This document shows positions 20,966 to 33,002 of a stretch of 64,000 bases of DNA, one piece after another. The DNA is taken from the NCBI GenBank assembly GCA_963774985.1, contig CAVZHE010000001.1:94808-158807 (forward strand), given 5' to 3'. Positions within the stretch are counted from its first letter, which is position 1. The number at the start of each line of letters is the position of its first letter. The notes beneath the pieces were generated by a model that ran no database searches, was not told where the DNA came from, and worked only from the letters and a program-made list of their open reading frames with translations. Made by a program: the position numbers and the translations under genes. The DNA comes from an uncultured Alphaproteobacteria bacterium. Lineage in GTDB: Bacteria; Pseudomonadota; Alphaproteobacteria; Sphingomonadales; Sphingomonadaceae.

Positions 20966-21316
20966 GTGGCACTTCCTGAAGGCGACGCCCGCCGCTTCAA
21001 TATCCGCGATGCGGCAGGTCGCCTGCTTTGCCCGGCTTGCGGCTTCCCCGATTTCGCCAGTCACGCCGCTTATGACGAACGCGGCGGGATCATCGGGAGG
21101 ACTATTTGCCCATGTTGCCTGTGGGAACCGGGATTCGACGACGATATGCGCGCTTCGGCAGATGCGCTGGGCACAATCATCGCATCCCTGCTGGCCTATC
21201 GTATGCGTTGGGGCGGACCCTGCGAATGGCGTGGACGAGAGGGGGAGCGTCCGGCGGACTGGGACGGGCAGCAGCAACTCGACCGCCTGCGCGAGCTTGC
21301 GCCGCATCTTTTCTGA
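20966..21316 (+). CDS. Hypothetical Cys-rich small protein
   Basis: CPACG...CPCC motifs suggest a zinc-binding fold; no other assignable domain. Confidence 0.35.
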   Translation: MALPEGDARRFNIRDAAGRLLCPACGFPDFASHAAYDERGGIIGRTICPCCLWEPGFDDDMRASADALGTIIASLLAYRMRWGGPCEWRGREGERPADWDGQQQLDRLRELAPHLF

Positions 21317-21322
21317 CCAAAT

Positions 21323-22074
21323 CTAGATCCCCGCGTACCACTGGTAACCGTGGTGATCCTCCCAGTATCCACCCTTGCCCACGCCGATCCCGTCAAGGCT
21401 GGCCACCAGTTCGATCCCGGTCAGATATTTGGCGTGCTTGTAGCCCAGCTGCCGTTCGAGCCGCAGCCGCAGCGGCGCGCCATTGATGACCGGGCAGGGC
21501 CTCGCCGTTGAGCAGGTGCGCGATGATGGTTTGCGGGTGCAGCGCATCGTCGAGATCGCAGCTTTCGTAATAGGCCCCTTGCCGCGAAACTGTCGGCGCA
21601 GCGGAACACGACGAAGCGAGCGGCGGACTGTACGCCCGCCTGCGCGAGGATCGCCGACAGTTGCGGCCCGGTCCATTCGCCGATCGCGCTCCAGCCTTCC
21701 ACGCAATCGTGGCGGGTGATCTGGGTGCGCTGGGGCAGGGCGCGGATTTCGGTCCAGCGAGAGGTCTAGCGGCGTGTCCACCAGCCCGCCCACGCCAGCC
21801 GCCAGTCGGCGAAGCCGTCGGCCACGCGCCGTGCGATAGGCATCGGTATCCACCATCTGGTTGCCATTGCCGCGAAAGAACGGCGAGACGTCGGCGCGGG
21901 CATATTCGGGCGCCAGCGGGATGCGCCCGAAGCCCAGCGCCCGGTGCAGCCCGCGATGCCAGCCTTCCGCCCCGTCGACCAGCTCGGCGAACCACGGCGT
22001 TTCGCCGATCTTCGTGCAGCCGGCGAGGAAGGCCGCAGCCAGCCGCGACCAGGAAATTGCGCCGCTTCATGGCT
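21323..22074 (-). CDS. msrP: Molybdopterin-dependent sulfoxide reductase catalytic subunit (MsrP/YedY-like); several frame breaks
   Basis: Tat-like start MKRRNFLVAAG; DDALHPQTIIAHLLNGEALP; C-terminus RLRLERQLGYKHAKYLTGIELV...GGYWEDHHGYQWYAGI typical of the sulfite-oxidase-fold YedY family. Confidence 0.65.
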
Positions 22075-22700
22075 CGCTCCCCCCGGTGATCATGTCGCGC
22101 ATCTGCTTCACCGGGCCGGACAGCAGCACCAGCACGATATGCAGCACGAAGAAGCCGCACAGCGCCCAGGCGGCGATGAAATGCAGCGAACGCGCGCTCT
22201 GCCGTCCGCCGAACATGTCGAGCAGGAACGGCCAGTGCCGCGTCCATGCCCGGGCTCATCGCCATGCCGGTGAAGATCATCAGCGGCAGCAGCGACGAAG
22301 ATCACCCCGGCATAGGCGGCCTTCTGCAGGAAGTTGAACTTGCGCCTCGCCATGCTCGAAATTGAACCGCAGATGCTCGCGCATATCGTGCCAGATCGCT
22401 GGCCGGGCGCCAATCGCGCCGCGCGTGGCGAACAGGTCGCGGCGGAAGTGGCCGTTGCGCAGCGACGCCAGCATGAAAGCCGAGCAGGCTGAAGCGCGAA
22501 CACCAGCGCGAACAGCACGTGCCAGTCGCGCGCGGCGGCCAGGCTGTAATGATCGGGGATCGTCATCCAGCCGGGGAAGTCGCGGCACCGACAGCCAGGC
22601 CTGCTCGGGCGCAAAGCCCCATTCGCCCCAGTAGAGCTAGCGGTGCGCGTTGGAGATGTTGAGGCCCGCACATGAACAGGATCATCACGCTGATCAGCGT
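22072..22700 (-). CDS. Membrane heme-binding partner (MsrQ/YedZ-like), fragmentary; stop overlaps msrP start
   Basis: Hydrophobic C-terminal segment WPFLLDMFGGRQSARSLHFIAAWALCGFFVLHIVLVLLSG ending in TGA overlapping the msrP ATG; upstream portion poorly resolved. Confidence 0.3.
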
Positions 22701-22789
22701 TGACCCAGTGCCACAGGCGGGTGGCTGAGCGCGTGGCGTTTGCGGGGTCTGCGGGTCCATGCTCGCGCTCCTCGCGTGCGAGATAGATC

Positions 22790-23521
22790 ACATCGCGCGG
22801 CTGGCGCAGCAGATGCTGGCCCGAATCGACGAACAGCGTCTGCCCGCTGGCCAGCGGGCCCCTCGGCGAGAAACAGCGCGGCATCGGCGACTTCCTCCGC
22901 ACCGGTGCGGCGCTGCAGCAGGTTGAGCCGGTGCGAACGCTCCGCCTCGTCTCGGCGTCTGGTCATGGCTGGGCAGGATCGCGCCGGGGGCGAGGCGATA
23001 GACCCGGTCCTCGCCTGTCGCAGGCCATCGCCAGCATCCGCGCGGCGGCATCGGCGGCGGCCTTGCTCATCGTGTAGCTGAAGAAATCGGGGTTGGGGTT
23101 GGCCAGCTTCTGATCGGTCAGCTGGATCACCCGCCGCCGCCGCGCGGCTGCGGGCGTGGGCCAGATAGGCCTGCGCCATCAGCGCGGGAGTGGCAGCGTT
23201 GATCGTCATCGCCCGTGCATTCGCCGCCGGATCGAGCGCGGTTACGTGGTCGGCCTCAAAAATCGAGGCATTGTTGATAAGGCAGCGCCAGTCATCCAAC
23301 TGCGCAGCAAGCTCTCGCACCATCGCTTCGGCCGCGCGCGCATCGCCAAGATCGCATTGAACCACTTGTGCATCGGGCAAGCCGTCCGCAAGCGCTCCGC
23401 GCTCGCCGCAATTGAATGATTTGCGTGGACCACAACATGCCAGCCCGCTGCGGCAAACCGCTCGGCAGATCGCCTTGCCCACACGTTTCGCGCCGCCGGT
23501 GATGAGGACAGACTTGCGCAT
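22790..23521 (-). CDS. Short-chain dehydrogenase/reductase (pteridine reductase-like); frame break in C-terminal half
   Basis: MRKSVLITGGAKRVGKAI (TGxxxxxG Rossmann), LINNASIF, C-terminal ...GAEEVADAALFLAEGPAGQ. Confidence 0.65.
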
Positions 23522-23618
23522 CAGGCAAAAATGGACAAAGTCAATGGAACGGGCGGGGCATGACCCCACGATAGGCACAAGCGCGGGGCACGCAATACCC
23601 GCGTTGGGAGAGGTTTGC

Positions 23619-24847
23619 ATGATCCGCAAGACGATGCTCGCTGGCACCGCAGCACTGTTGTTGGCCGATGCCGGTCTGCGCTACCGCGCAGGATGCGCCC
23701 GCGCCGCCGCCCGGTCCGCCGCCGTTTCAGGGCACGGCGCTGGCGGAGGGCCCGTGGGACTTCGAGACGGCTGAGGCGGACATTCACGCCGAGGTGCTGG
23801 TGCGCGGGCTGGAGCGGCCTTGGGGCATGGCGTTCCTGCCCGAAGGCGGAATGCTGGTGACCGAGCGGGTGGGGCGGCTGCGCCATATCGATGCTTCGGG
23901 CCATCTCGATCCGATCCGATTGCTGGCCTGCCCGCCATGTACACGGTCGGAATTGCGGGCTTGAACGGTATTGCACTCCATCCCGATTTCGCCAGCAACC
24001 GGCTGGTTTACATGGCCTATTCCAAGATCGACCCTGCTGATCCCAACGTTTCCACATTGGCGGTGATGCGCGGGCGCTGGGAAGCGGGGGCGCATGAGCT
24101 GACGCAGGTGGAGGACATTTTCGTCGCCGATACCTGGTATGGCGCCACGCCATTGCCCACTCGCTGCTGCGGACAGGGGCCAGCCTTCGGTTCCTATGGC
24201 GGGCGAATTCTGTTCGATGCCGACGGCTACCTGTTCGTCACCAGCGGTGATCGCAACTAGGGTGAGCGGGTGCAGGACCCGGCGAACCAGTACGGCAAGA
24301 TCTTGCGCCTGAACGCCGATGGCTCGATCCGGCAGGCAATCCGTGGGTCGGGCGCGCGGGACATGCAGCCGCGGAAATCTGGTCCACCGGCCATCGCAAT
24401 CCGCTGGGCCTGACAATCAATCCCTTCACCGGCGAGCTGTGGGAAAGCGAATTCGGCCCGCGCGGCGGGGACGAAGTCAACCGCATCCTGCGCGGCGGCA
24501 ATTACGGCTGGATGAGCGTGACGCAGGGCGCAGCACTACAACAACGAGCCTGCCGATGCCGTGCGCGACGTGCCCGGCATGATCGATCCGGTGCTGGTGT
24601 TCGGCCCGCCCAGCTTCAATCCCGGCAACCTTGCGTTCTATCGCGGCGAGGCCTTCCCCGGATGGAACCGTGACCTGTTCCTCGCCAGCTTCACCCAGGG
24701 CCTTCTGCATTACGAGACCGATGCCAGGGCATAGCCGGTGGGCGAGCCGGAGGTCCTGCTGCGCGATCTCGGCCAGCGCTGGCGCGATGTGCAGGTGGGG
24801 CCGGATGGCGCGCTCTATCTGCTAGCGATCAGGTTGAGGGTGCGCTG
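23619..24847 (+). CDS. PQQ-dependent sugar dehydrogenase (soluble glucose/sorbosone dehydrogenase family); several frame breaks
   Basis: Signal peptide; [77 protein letters not shown], beta-propeller SGDH motifs across three frames. Confidence 0.7.
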
Positions 24848-24887
24848 ATCCGGGTTACTCCGGGCGGTTAATCAGCCTTCCGGCACC

Positions 24888-26955
24888 TTATCGCGCAATT
24901 CCATTCAGCCACACCGTCGCCACCGCATCGCTTGGTGCGCGCCAGTCGCCGCGCGGGGAGAGCGCGCCGCCTGAACTGACCTTCGGGCCGTTGGGCAGGG
25001 CGCTGCGCTTGAACTGGCTGAACTCGAAGAAGCGCCGGAGGAATTTTTCCAGCCAGCCGCGGATGGTTGGCAGATCGTACGGCGTTCTTCTTCGCTTCCG
25101 GGAAATCCGTGCGGCCATACGCCCGCTGCCGCATCGCTCCAGGCGTGCCACGCCAGGAAGGCGACCTGGCTCGGCTGCTGGCCCGCAGCGCATCACATGA
25201 TGAAGGAAGAAATCGTTGAGCTCGTAGGGGCCGATCATGCTCCTCGGTGCTCTGGATCGCCCCATCCGCACCGGCGGGGACCAGTTCGGGGCTGATCTCG
25301 GTGGCCAGCACCTCGCTCCAGCACCGCATCGACTGCCGGATCGAACTGGTTGGTGCGGGTGGTCCAGCGGATCAGATACTGGATCAGCGTCTTGGGCACG
25401 CCGGAATTGACCGCGTAATGGCTCATCTGGTCGCCCACGCCATAGGTGCACCAGCCCAGCGCCAGTTCCGACAAGATCGCCGGTGCCGATCACGAAGCCG
25501 CCATGCTGGTTGGCCAGCCGGAACAGATAATCGGTGCGCAGGCCCGCCTGCACGTTCTCGAAAGTCACGTCATAGACCGGCTCGCCATCGGCGAAGGGGT
25601 GGCCCATGTCCTCCAGCATCTGCCGCGCGGCGGGGCGGATGTCGATCTCGCTCCGCCGTCGATGCCGAAGGCGCGCATCAGTTTCCAGGCGTTCGACTTG
25701 GTGCCCTCCGAGGTGGCGAAGCCGGGCATGGTGTAGGCGCGGATGGTGGTGCGCGGCAGGCCGAGCGTGTCGCAGGCCTTGGCCGCCACGATCAGCGCAT
25801 GGGTGGAATCGAGCCCGCCGGAAATGCCGATCACCAGCGATTTGCGCCTTGGTCGCCAGCGATCCGCCGCATCAGCCCATCGACCTGGATGTTGAACGCC
25901 TCGTAGCAGTCCTGATCCAGCTTCTCGATCCGGTTGGGGACGAAGGGGAAGCGCGCGACTTCGGCCGCATCAGCGCCGACGTCGCCGGGTTCGCAGGCAT
26001 GTTCGAAGCCGATGCGTGCGGAAGTCGTCCTCGGGCCGGCCCGGCATCCTCGGCGGCATCGTTGAACGTGCCCATGCGCATCCGTTCGTTGAGAATGCGC
26101 GCGCGTATCGACATCGGTCGACGCACAGTTCCGGGCTCCAGCTCGAACCGCACGCTTTCCGCCAGCAGATCGCCCAGTTCGTAGATCATGCCCTGGCCGT
26201 CCCAGCGCAGGTCGGTGGTGCTTTCGCCGAAGCCCGGCGGCGGAATAGGCATAGGCGCAGACCGAGCGGCTGGAACTGGCGCGGCAGAGCATGTGCCGTT
26301 CGTCCGACTTGCCGATGGTGATGTTGCGAGGCCGAAAGGTTGAGCAGGATCGTCGCCCCCGCCAGCGCGGCCAAAGTGCCGGGCGGATTGGGGCTCCAGA
26401 AATCCTCGCAGATCTCGATGCCGAAGGTGAAGCCGGGCAGATTGGTCGGCGGCGAAGATCAGGTCGATGCCGAACGGCACTTCCTCGCCGTCGACCCCGA
26501 TCCACAGCGTTGCGGCACTTGCTGCCGCGCGCGAACCAGCGCTTTTCGTAGAATTCGCGGTAATTGGGCAGGTAGCTCTTGGGCACTGCGCCGAGCATTT
26601 CGCCTCGCGCGATCACTACCGCGCAATTGTACATCCGCCCGTTGCGCCGCAGCGGCGCGCCGATCACCAGTACGGGGGTCAGCTCCTCGCTCGCCGCGCG
26701 CACCGTCTCGATCCCGGCCTCCACCGCTTCGAGCAGGGCAGCCTGCATGTGCAGATCGTCCAGCGCGTAGGAGGACAGGCACATTTCCGGATAGAGCAGC
26801 AGATCGACATGCCGCTCATGCGCGGCCTGCGCCTGTTCGATGATCCCCGCCACGTTGTAGGGGACATCGGCGGTGCGGGTCTTGGGGGTGCTGGTGGCGA
26901 CGCGCACGAAGCCGTGCGTGTGCATATCGAAGAAAGGGTGCGTCCGTTCACTCAT
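24888..26955 (-). CDS. nadE: Glutamine-dependent NAD+ synthetase (CN-hydrolase + NAD synthase domains); multiple frame breaks
   Basis: N-terminal nitrilase-like domain ([12 protein letters not shown]), PP-loop [12 protein letters not shown]-terminal NAD synthase region ([32 protein letters not shown]). Confidence 0.85.
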
Positions 26956-27071
26956 GCCAGCGCACATAGCGCAGAATTCGGCTTGGTGGGAAAAATCCTG
27001 CACGCACGAAAAGCGCCGCTGCTCGGAGGGGAGGAGAGCAGCGGCGCAATTTCGTCAGTCAGGCCGATGGC

Positions 27072-27548
27072 TTAGCGGCAGCGCGCTTCGCCCCGATCAA
27101 TTTCGCGGCCGAGCAGGCCACCGAGCGCGGCACCGAGGATCGTGCCGACGGTGCGATCACGCCCGCCGTCGATTTCGCGGCCAAGCAGCGCCCCACCGGC
27201 AGCGCCGATGATCAGGCCGGTCGTGCCGTTGTCACGCTGGCAGTGATAGCGGCCATCATCGCCGCGCCACACGCGGTCATCGCGGTCCACGCGGCGCGGT
27301 TCGCGATAGCGGCCGTAGTCGTCGTAATCGTCATAATCGCGATCACGTGAGCGGCGGCGATCACGGCGATCCTGGCGGTGTTCGTAACGGTCATCATCAT
27401 CGTAGCGACCGTGGCGCTGATAGCCGCGATCATTGTCACGATAGCCGTAGGCGGGGGCCCAGGAGGGGGGGCCGCTCTGCGCCATCGCAGGCACGGCGGG
27501 AAGGGCCAGCGAGGTGGCCGCGGCGAGTGCAAGCAGGGTCTTGTTCAT
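27072..27548 (-). CDS. Glycine-zipper (2TM) lipoprotein with extreme Arg/Asp/Tyr low-complexity region
   Basis: Signal peptide MNKTLLALAAATSLALPAVPAMA; RDR/DYD-rich repeats; C-terminal GLIIGAAGGALLGREIDGG...GTILGAALGGLLGREIDRG glycine-zipper repeats. Confidence 0.6.
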   Translation of the reverse strand: MNKTLLALAAATSLALPAVPAMAQSGPPSWAPAYGYRDNDRGYQRHGRYDDDDRYEHRQDRRDRRRSRDRDYDDYDDYGRYREPRRVDRDDRVWRGDDGRYHCQRDNGTTGLIIGAAGGALLGREIDGGRDRTVGTILGAALGGLLGREIDRGEARCR

Positions 27549-27709
27549 GGCGATCTTACCTTTCTTGTGTGGCATCGCTCTGGTGCCGGTAAGACCGTAC
27601 ATCGTTCATCTAATTCCAACCGGAGATGAACAGCTCGTTGGAATTCGGGTTAAGGGACGAACCGTTATTCTGGCGCGATCAACCGTTTTAGCGGGCCGTG
27701 ATGGCGCGA

Positions 27710-28966
27710 TCAGCCAGCGGCAGTCACCACAGCTGCCTCGCGATCCAGTTGCGCCCAACTCTTCTTCTCGGCGCTGGTTTTCAGCTGGCCGCAGGCGGCA
27801 TCGATATCGCGCCCGCGCGGGGTGCGGACGGGGGCGGAGATTCCGCCTTCGAAGACGATTTCCGAAAACCGCTTGATGCGCGCGGGAGTGGAGCATTCGT
27901 AGGGGGTGCCCGGCCACGGATTGAACGGGATCAGATTGACCTTGGCGGGCAATTTGTAGGCCTTGAGCAGCCGCACCAGTTCGCGCGCGTCGGCGTCGCT
28001 GTCGTTCTTGTCTTTCAGCATCACGTATTCGAAGGTGATGCGCCGCGCATTGCTGGCACCGGGATAGTCGGCGCAGGCTTGCAGCAGTGCCTCGATCCCG
28101 TACTTGCGGTTGATCGGGACGATCTCGTCGCGGACTAGCTTGGTCACCGCGTGCAGCGAGACCGCGAGGTTGACGCCGATTTCCGTTCCGCAACGGCCCA
28201 TCATTGGCACCACGCCGCTGGTCGAAAGCGTAATCCGGCGGCGGGACAAGGCCAGCCCGTCGCCATCCATCACCAGCTTGAGCGCGCCCTTGACGTTATC
28301 GAAATTGTACAGCGGCTCGCCCATGCCCATCATCACGATGTTGGTGAGCAGGCGGCCATCGGCGGTGTAGTCGCTGCCATCGTCCTCATCGTCAAAATCA
28401 AGGCCGGCCATCGTCCCGCCCGCTTTCGGCCATTCGCCGAGCGCATCGCGCGCCAACATCACCTGTCCGACGATCTCGCCCGGCGTCAGGTTGCGCACCA
28501 GACGCATGGTGCCGGTGTGGCAGAAGGTGCAGTTGAGCGTGCAGCCAACCTGGCTGGAAACGCACAGTGTGCCCCGGTCCGCGTCGGGAATGAACACCAT
28601 TTCGAAATCGTGGCCGTCGGCGGTGCGCAGCAGCCACTTGCGCGTACCGTCGGTGCTGTGCTGCGCCTCGACCACTTCGGGCCGCCCGATCACGAACCGC
28701 TCGGCCAGCCACGGGCGCATGGTCTTGGCAATGTCAGTCATCGCGTCGAATTCGGTGACCCCGCGATGATAGAGCCAGTGAAACACCTGCCGCGCGCGCA
28801 GCTTGGCCTGCTTGGCGTCCAGTCCGGCTTCGGCGAACAGGTCGGTGATCTGCTGCCGCGGCAGGCCGATCAGATCCACGCGGCCGTCAGCGCGCGGCGT
28901 GATGTCACGCGCAACGGGAACCGGGTCCACTTGCCCCGGAATGCTCATGAGTGTCGTATCGGCCAT
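27710..28966 (-). CDS. rlmN: 23S rRNA (adenine2503-C2)/tRNA methyltransferase, radical SAM
   Basis: [28 protein letters not shown] radical-SAM CxxxCxxC in RlmN context, MGMGEPLYN, conserved C-terminal Cys. Confidence 0.9.
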   Translation of the reverse strand: MADTTLMSIPGQVDPVPVARDITPRADGRVDLIGLPRQQITDLFAEAGLDAKQAKLRARQVFHWLYHRGVTEFDAMTDIAKTMRPWLAERFVIGRPEVVEAQHSTDGTRKWLLRTADGHDFEMVFIPDADRGTLCVSSQVGCTLNCTFCHTGTMRLVRNLTPGEIVGQVMLARDALGEWPKAGGTMAGLDFDDEDDGSDYTADGRLLTNIVMMGMGEPLYNFDNVKGALKLVMDGDGLALSRRRITLSTSGVVPMMGRCGTEIGVNLAVSLHAVTKLVRDEIVPINRKYGIEALLQACADYPGASNARRITFEYVMLKDKNDSDADARELVRLLKAYKLPAKVNLIPFNPWPGTPYECSTPARIKRFSEIVFEGGISAPVRTPRGRDIDAACGQLKTSAEKKSWAQLDREAAVVTAAG

Positions 28967-29203
28967 GCGAGCGCGGCCTATAGGCGAAGGGTGCAATTTT
29001 GCAAAGCCATGAGCGCCAAGACGCTTTCAGCTTTGGTTCCATCAACCCGGCGCAAATCCAAACCTGTTCATCGGAACCATATGTATCTAATTTACAACAA
29101 TAAGTTGGTTATTTGAGGTTCAGGAAACGCAGTCGCTATTCCCGCATTCTGGTTGTCTACGTGCGGGCGATCTGCCTGCGCTGAGAAAACCAATGGAGTT
29201 CAC

Positions 29204-29890
29204 ATGAAAAAGGGTATTGCACTCATTCTAACCTCGGCATCAGCAATTGCGCTGGCAGTTCCGGCGGTGGCACAAGACAATTCGCCGTTCACCGGCCCGC
29301 GCATCGAGGGCATTGCCGGGTATGACATCACCGCGGCGGGCAGCGATGTCGACAACGATCTGAACGACGAGGATGACCAGTCGATCGACGGCTTCATGTA
29401 TGGCATCGGTGTCGGGTATGATGTTGCCGTGGGCGGGGTCGTGCTTGGCGCCGAGGCAGAACTGACCGATTCTACCGCACAAACCGAAATCGTTGATGGC
29501 GATCTCGAAGATCTCGGCATCGGCGCCCGGCTCGAAACCGGTCGCGACATCTATGTCGGGGCACGTGCGGGCGTACTGGTGGGCCCGCGTGCGCTGCTTT
29601 ACGTGAAGGGTGGTTACACCAATGCCAGCTTCAACTTGCTGGCAAATGATGGAACCACCGAACTGGAAACCGATGTCGATCTGGACGGCTGGCGTGCCGG
29701 TGCGGGCGCCGAATATGCTCTGTCTGACAACACCTTTGTGAAGTTGGAATATCGCTATTCCAACTACAGCGAAGGCGAGTTCGATTTTCAGGACGACGAT
29801 TTCTTCGATGATGACACGGGCGAAAGCGATCGTTTCGACGCCGATCTCGACCGTCACCAGGTCGCAGTGGGCTTCGGCCTGCGCTTCTGA
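29204..29890 (+). CDS. Outer-membrane beta-barrel protein (OmpW/Opacity-type porin family)
   Basis: Signal peptide, alternating amphipathic beta-strands, C-terminal ...VAVGFGLRF. Confidence 0.7.
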   Translation: MKKGIALILTSASAIALAVPAVAQDNSPFTGPRIEGIAGYDITAAGSDVDNDLNDEDDQSIDGFMYGIGVGYDVAVGGVVLGAEAELTDSTAQTEIVDGDLEDLGIGARLETGRDIYVGARAGVLVGPRALLYVKGGYTNASFNLLANDGTTELETDVDLDGWRAGAGAEYALSDNTFVKLEYRYSNYSEGEFDFQDDDFFDDDTGESDRFDADLDRHQVAVGFGLRF

Positions 29891-29971
29891 TGTGATTCAT
29901 CGGGATAGGTAAGATGGGGCCGGGGGAGCAATCCTCCGGCCCTTTTCGTGCGCCCCAATCATGTAGGGGGG

Positions 29972-30457
29972 TCAGGACCGCCGCGCGCAGCCTACCGCCG
30001 CCGCATCGATGGCCGTCGCTGCACCTTCAAGGCTATAGCGATCGGTGAAGCGGTTGCCGCGTGCATCGCTGGCGCTCACGCTCATGCGGCTGGCCGAGCG
30101 CATGGCGGCGACGATGGCGGCGTCGGCGCGCGCATCGGCGGCCCAGGCGTCGCCATCCCCTGCGGTCAGCGCGAAGCGCTCCCCGCCAATAGCGAGTTGC
30201 ACGCGCGGGCTGCTTGCCAGTTCGCGGCTGAGGCGGAAATGCACCTGTGCGCGCACATTGCGGGCGGGCCAGTTGCCGACGCTGGCAAAAGGCTGGAAAT
30301 CGCGCCCGCCGCTGCCGCCCTCTGCCTCGGCAATCGCATAGCAGCGCGGCACTTCGGGATCGCGGAACGCGCCCCAGTCCCCAAACACGCCCAGGCTGTC
30401 GCGCGCCCAAAGCGGGGCAGAGACAACGAGCAGGAGGAGGGGGAGCAAGCGGAGCAC
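29972..30457 (-). CDS. Invasion-associated locus B (IalB) family periplasmic protein
   Basis: Signal peptide; GVFGDWGAFRD...CYAIAEAEG...QPFASVGNW and ...MSVSASDARGNRFTDRYSLEGAATAID match the IalB family. Confidence 0.65.
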   Translation of the reverse strand: MLRLLPLLLLVVSAPLWARDSLGVFGDWGAFRDPEVPRCYAIAEAEGGSGGRDFQPFASVGNWPARNVRAQVHFRLSRELASSPRVQLAIGGERFALTAGDGDAWAADARADAAIVAAMRSASRMSVSASDARGNRFTDRYSLEGAATAIDAAAVGCARRS

Positions 30458-30616
30458 TATGCCTTGTCTATAGAGTACCCTTCGGGCCGAGCGAAAGCCC
30501 GAAATCGGACGGCGAATGTCCGGTTTTTCTGGCGCAATTTGCGCATTTATCCTAATCTAACTGGACGGAGGGGGTTCTCCTGAAAACCCGACCTAGGAAA
30601 GGCGCCATCCGCTGCA

Positions 30617-31291
30617 TTGCGGGTGGCGGTGAACGAAATGAGCCTGCTTGCCGACCACAACCTGCCCTTCGCGATTGCCGCAGGGGCCATGCTGTTGCTC
30701 GGCCTGTTGCAAGTGATTGGGCTGGGGGATTTCGATTTCCTCGCCGATGCGGATGTGGACACTGACGCCAGTATTGCCGATCCGACCGCCGCTGGACTTG
30801 GCGGGGCGTTGGCCACCCTGCTGGGGCTGGGGCGGGTGCCGTTCTTCGTCTGGCTGATGGTGTTTCTGCTGCTGTTCGCGGTGATTGGCCTTGCGGTGCA
30901 GGGCTTTGCCGGGGAACTGACGGGCGCTCCGCTCTACCCGTGGCTGGCCGCTGTGATCGCGGGCGGGGCGTGCCTGCCACTCACCTCCGCACTCGTGCGA
31001 CCGCTGGGGCGGATCATCCCGCAGGACGAAACGACGGCTGTCGGGCTGGACAGCCTTGTCGGGCGGCGGGCGCAGATCACCGAGGGAAAGTCGGCGCGCA
31101 ATTCGCCTGCCCGCGCACGTGTGCATGATCGCCACGGGCTGCCGCACTACGTGATGGTGGAGCCGCACGAGGATGCCAGCGTAATCCCGGCAGGCGACGA
31201 ATTGCTGCTGGTGCGGCGCGAGGGTGAAGTTTTTTACGGTGTTCCCTTGGCGGAGCGCAGCTCTGGCCCCGCTCAACTAAGCCGGGGTTAG
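30617..31291 (+). CDS. YqiJ-like inner-membrane protein (DUF1449, NfeD-like OB-fold C-terminus)
   Basis: Two TM helices plus soluble C-terminal region; immediately upstream of a flotillin gene as in E. coli yqiJK. Confidence 0.6.
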   Translation: MRVAVNEMSLLADHNLPFAIAAGAMLLLGLLQVIGLGDFDFLADADVDTDASIADPTAAGLGGALATLLGLGRVPFFVWLMVFLLLFAVIGLAVQGFAGELTGAPLYPWLAAVIAGGACLPLTSALVRPLGRIIPQDETTAVGLDSLVGRRAQITEGKSARNSPARARVHDRHGLPHYVMVEPHEDASVIPAGDELLLVRREGEVFYGVPLAERSSGPAQLSRG

Positions 31292-31319
31292 AATCAAAGT
31301 CTGAAAGCGAGGAAAAGAC

Positions 31320-33001
31320 ATGGAATTTCTGTTCGACGCCGGCATGATCGGCATTGTCCTGCTGGTGATCGGGATCCTCGCGGTCCTGATGTTCCTCGCC
31401 AAGCTCTATAAGCGCGCCTCGAAGGAAACCGCCTTCGTCCGCACCGGCGTGGGCGGCGAGAAAGTGGTGATGAACGGCGGCGCGATGGTGCTGCCGGTGT
31501 TCCACGAAACCATGCCGGTCAACATGAACACGCTGGTGCTGCCGGTGATCCGCCGCGACACCGAGGCGCTGATCACGCTCGACCGGCTGCGGATTGACGT
31601 GAAGGCGGAATTCTACGTCCGCGTCCGCCCCGATTGCGGGGCTATCGCCATGGCGGCGCAGACGCTGGGCCTGCGCACCATGCAGCCCGAATTGCTCAAG
31701 GATCTGGTCGAAGGCAAATTCGTCGATGCGCTGCGCTCGGTCGCGGCGGGGATGACGATGAACGAGCTGCACGAACAGCGCGCCGATTTCGTGCAGAAGG
31801 TGCAGCAGGTCTCGTCCAACGATCTGGCAATGAACGGGCTGGAACTGGAATTGGTGTCGCTCACCGGGCTCGATCAGACCAGTATCGAGCACTTCAACGC
31901 CAACAACGCCTTCGACGCCGAGGGCCTGACCAAGCTGACCGAGCAGATCGAGGCGCGCAAGAAGCTGCGCAACGATATCGAGCAGGACACCCGCGTGCAG
32001 ATGGAAACCAAGAATCTGGAAGCCGACCAGAAGAGCTATCAGATCAAGCGCGATCAGGAATATGCCCGGCTGGAGCAGGAGCGCGAGGTGGAAATCCGCC
32101 GCGCCTCGCAGATGTCCGAAATCGCCACCCAGCAGGCCGAACGCCAGCGCGAGGCCGATGCCTCACGGATCGAGGCGAAGAAGCAGGTCGACGCGCAGCA
32201 GATCGAGGCCGACCGGCTGGTGGAAGAAGCCCGCATCGATCAGGTCCGCGCGCTCGAAATCGCCCGGCAGGAACAGCAGATCGCGGTGCAGAACAAGAGC
32301 CGCGAAGAAAGCCAGGCGCGGGCCGAGGCCGATGGTGCGCGCGCCCTGGCGGTGCAGGCAGAGGAACAGGTGGCGACCGCGCGCGAAAGCGAGATCGCCG
32401 AACGGCAGAAGAAGATCGAACTGATCGAAGCGGCCAAGATCGCCGAGCGCGACGCGATCAAGATCAAGGTGGAGGCCGAGGCCGAGCGCGACGCCGCCAG
32501 CAACCGCGCCGCCGCCGTGCAAGTTCGAGGCGCAGGGCGAGGCCGACGCCGAGAAAGCTGCGCGCCGATGCGTCGCGGGTGCGCTTCGAGGTGGAAGCCG
32601 CGGGCCAGCGGGCGATCAATGAAGCGGCGAACATCCTGTCGATGGAGCAGATTTCGCTCCAGACCAAGCTGGCGCTGCTGAAAGTGCTGCCCGAACTGAT
32701 CCGCGAAAGCGCCAAGCCGATGGAAGCGATCGATTCGATCAAGATCGTGCAGGTCGATGGGCTGATGCAGCGGACCGGGCCGGCCGGTTCTGGCGGCGGT
32801 GGCTCAGGTGGTGGGACGGGCAATCTGGCCAACGATGCGGTGGCGGCTGCGCTCGCCTATCGCGCGCAGGCCCCGGTGCTGGACGGGCTGATGAAGGAAC
32901 TGGGGCTGGATGGGTCTTCGCTGGGGAAACTGGTGGAGGGCGCGGCGCTAAGCCATGCCGATCCGGTGCTTGCTCTGGGCGACGAGGAAGCGGAGGAGTA
33001 A
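31320..33001 (+). CDS. Flotillin-family (SPFH/band 7) protein, YqiK-like; one frame break near 32520
   Basis: N-terminal TM helix, SPFH domain, long E/A/R/Q-rich coiled-coil and Gly-rich tail. Confidence 0.8.
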
Positions 33002-33002
33002 C

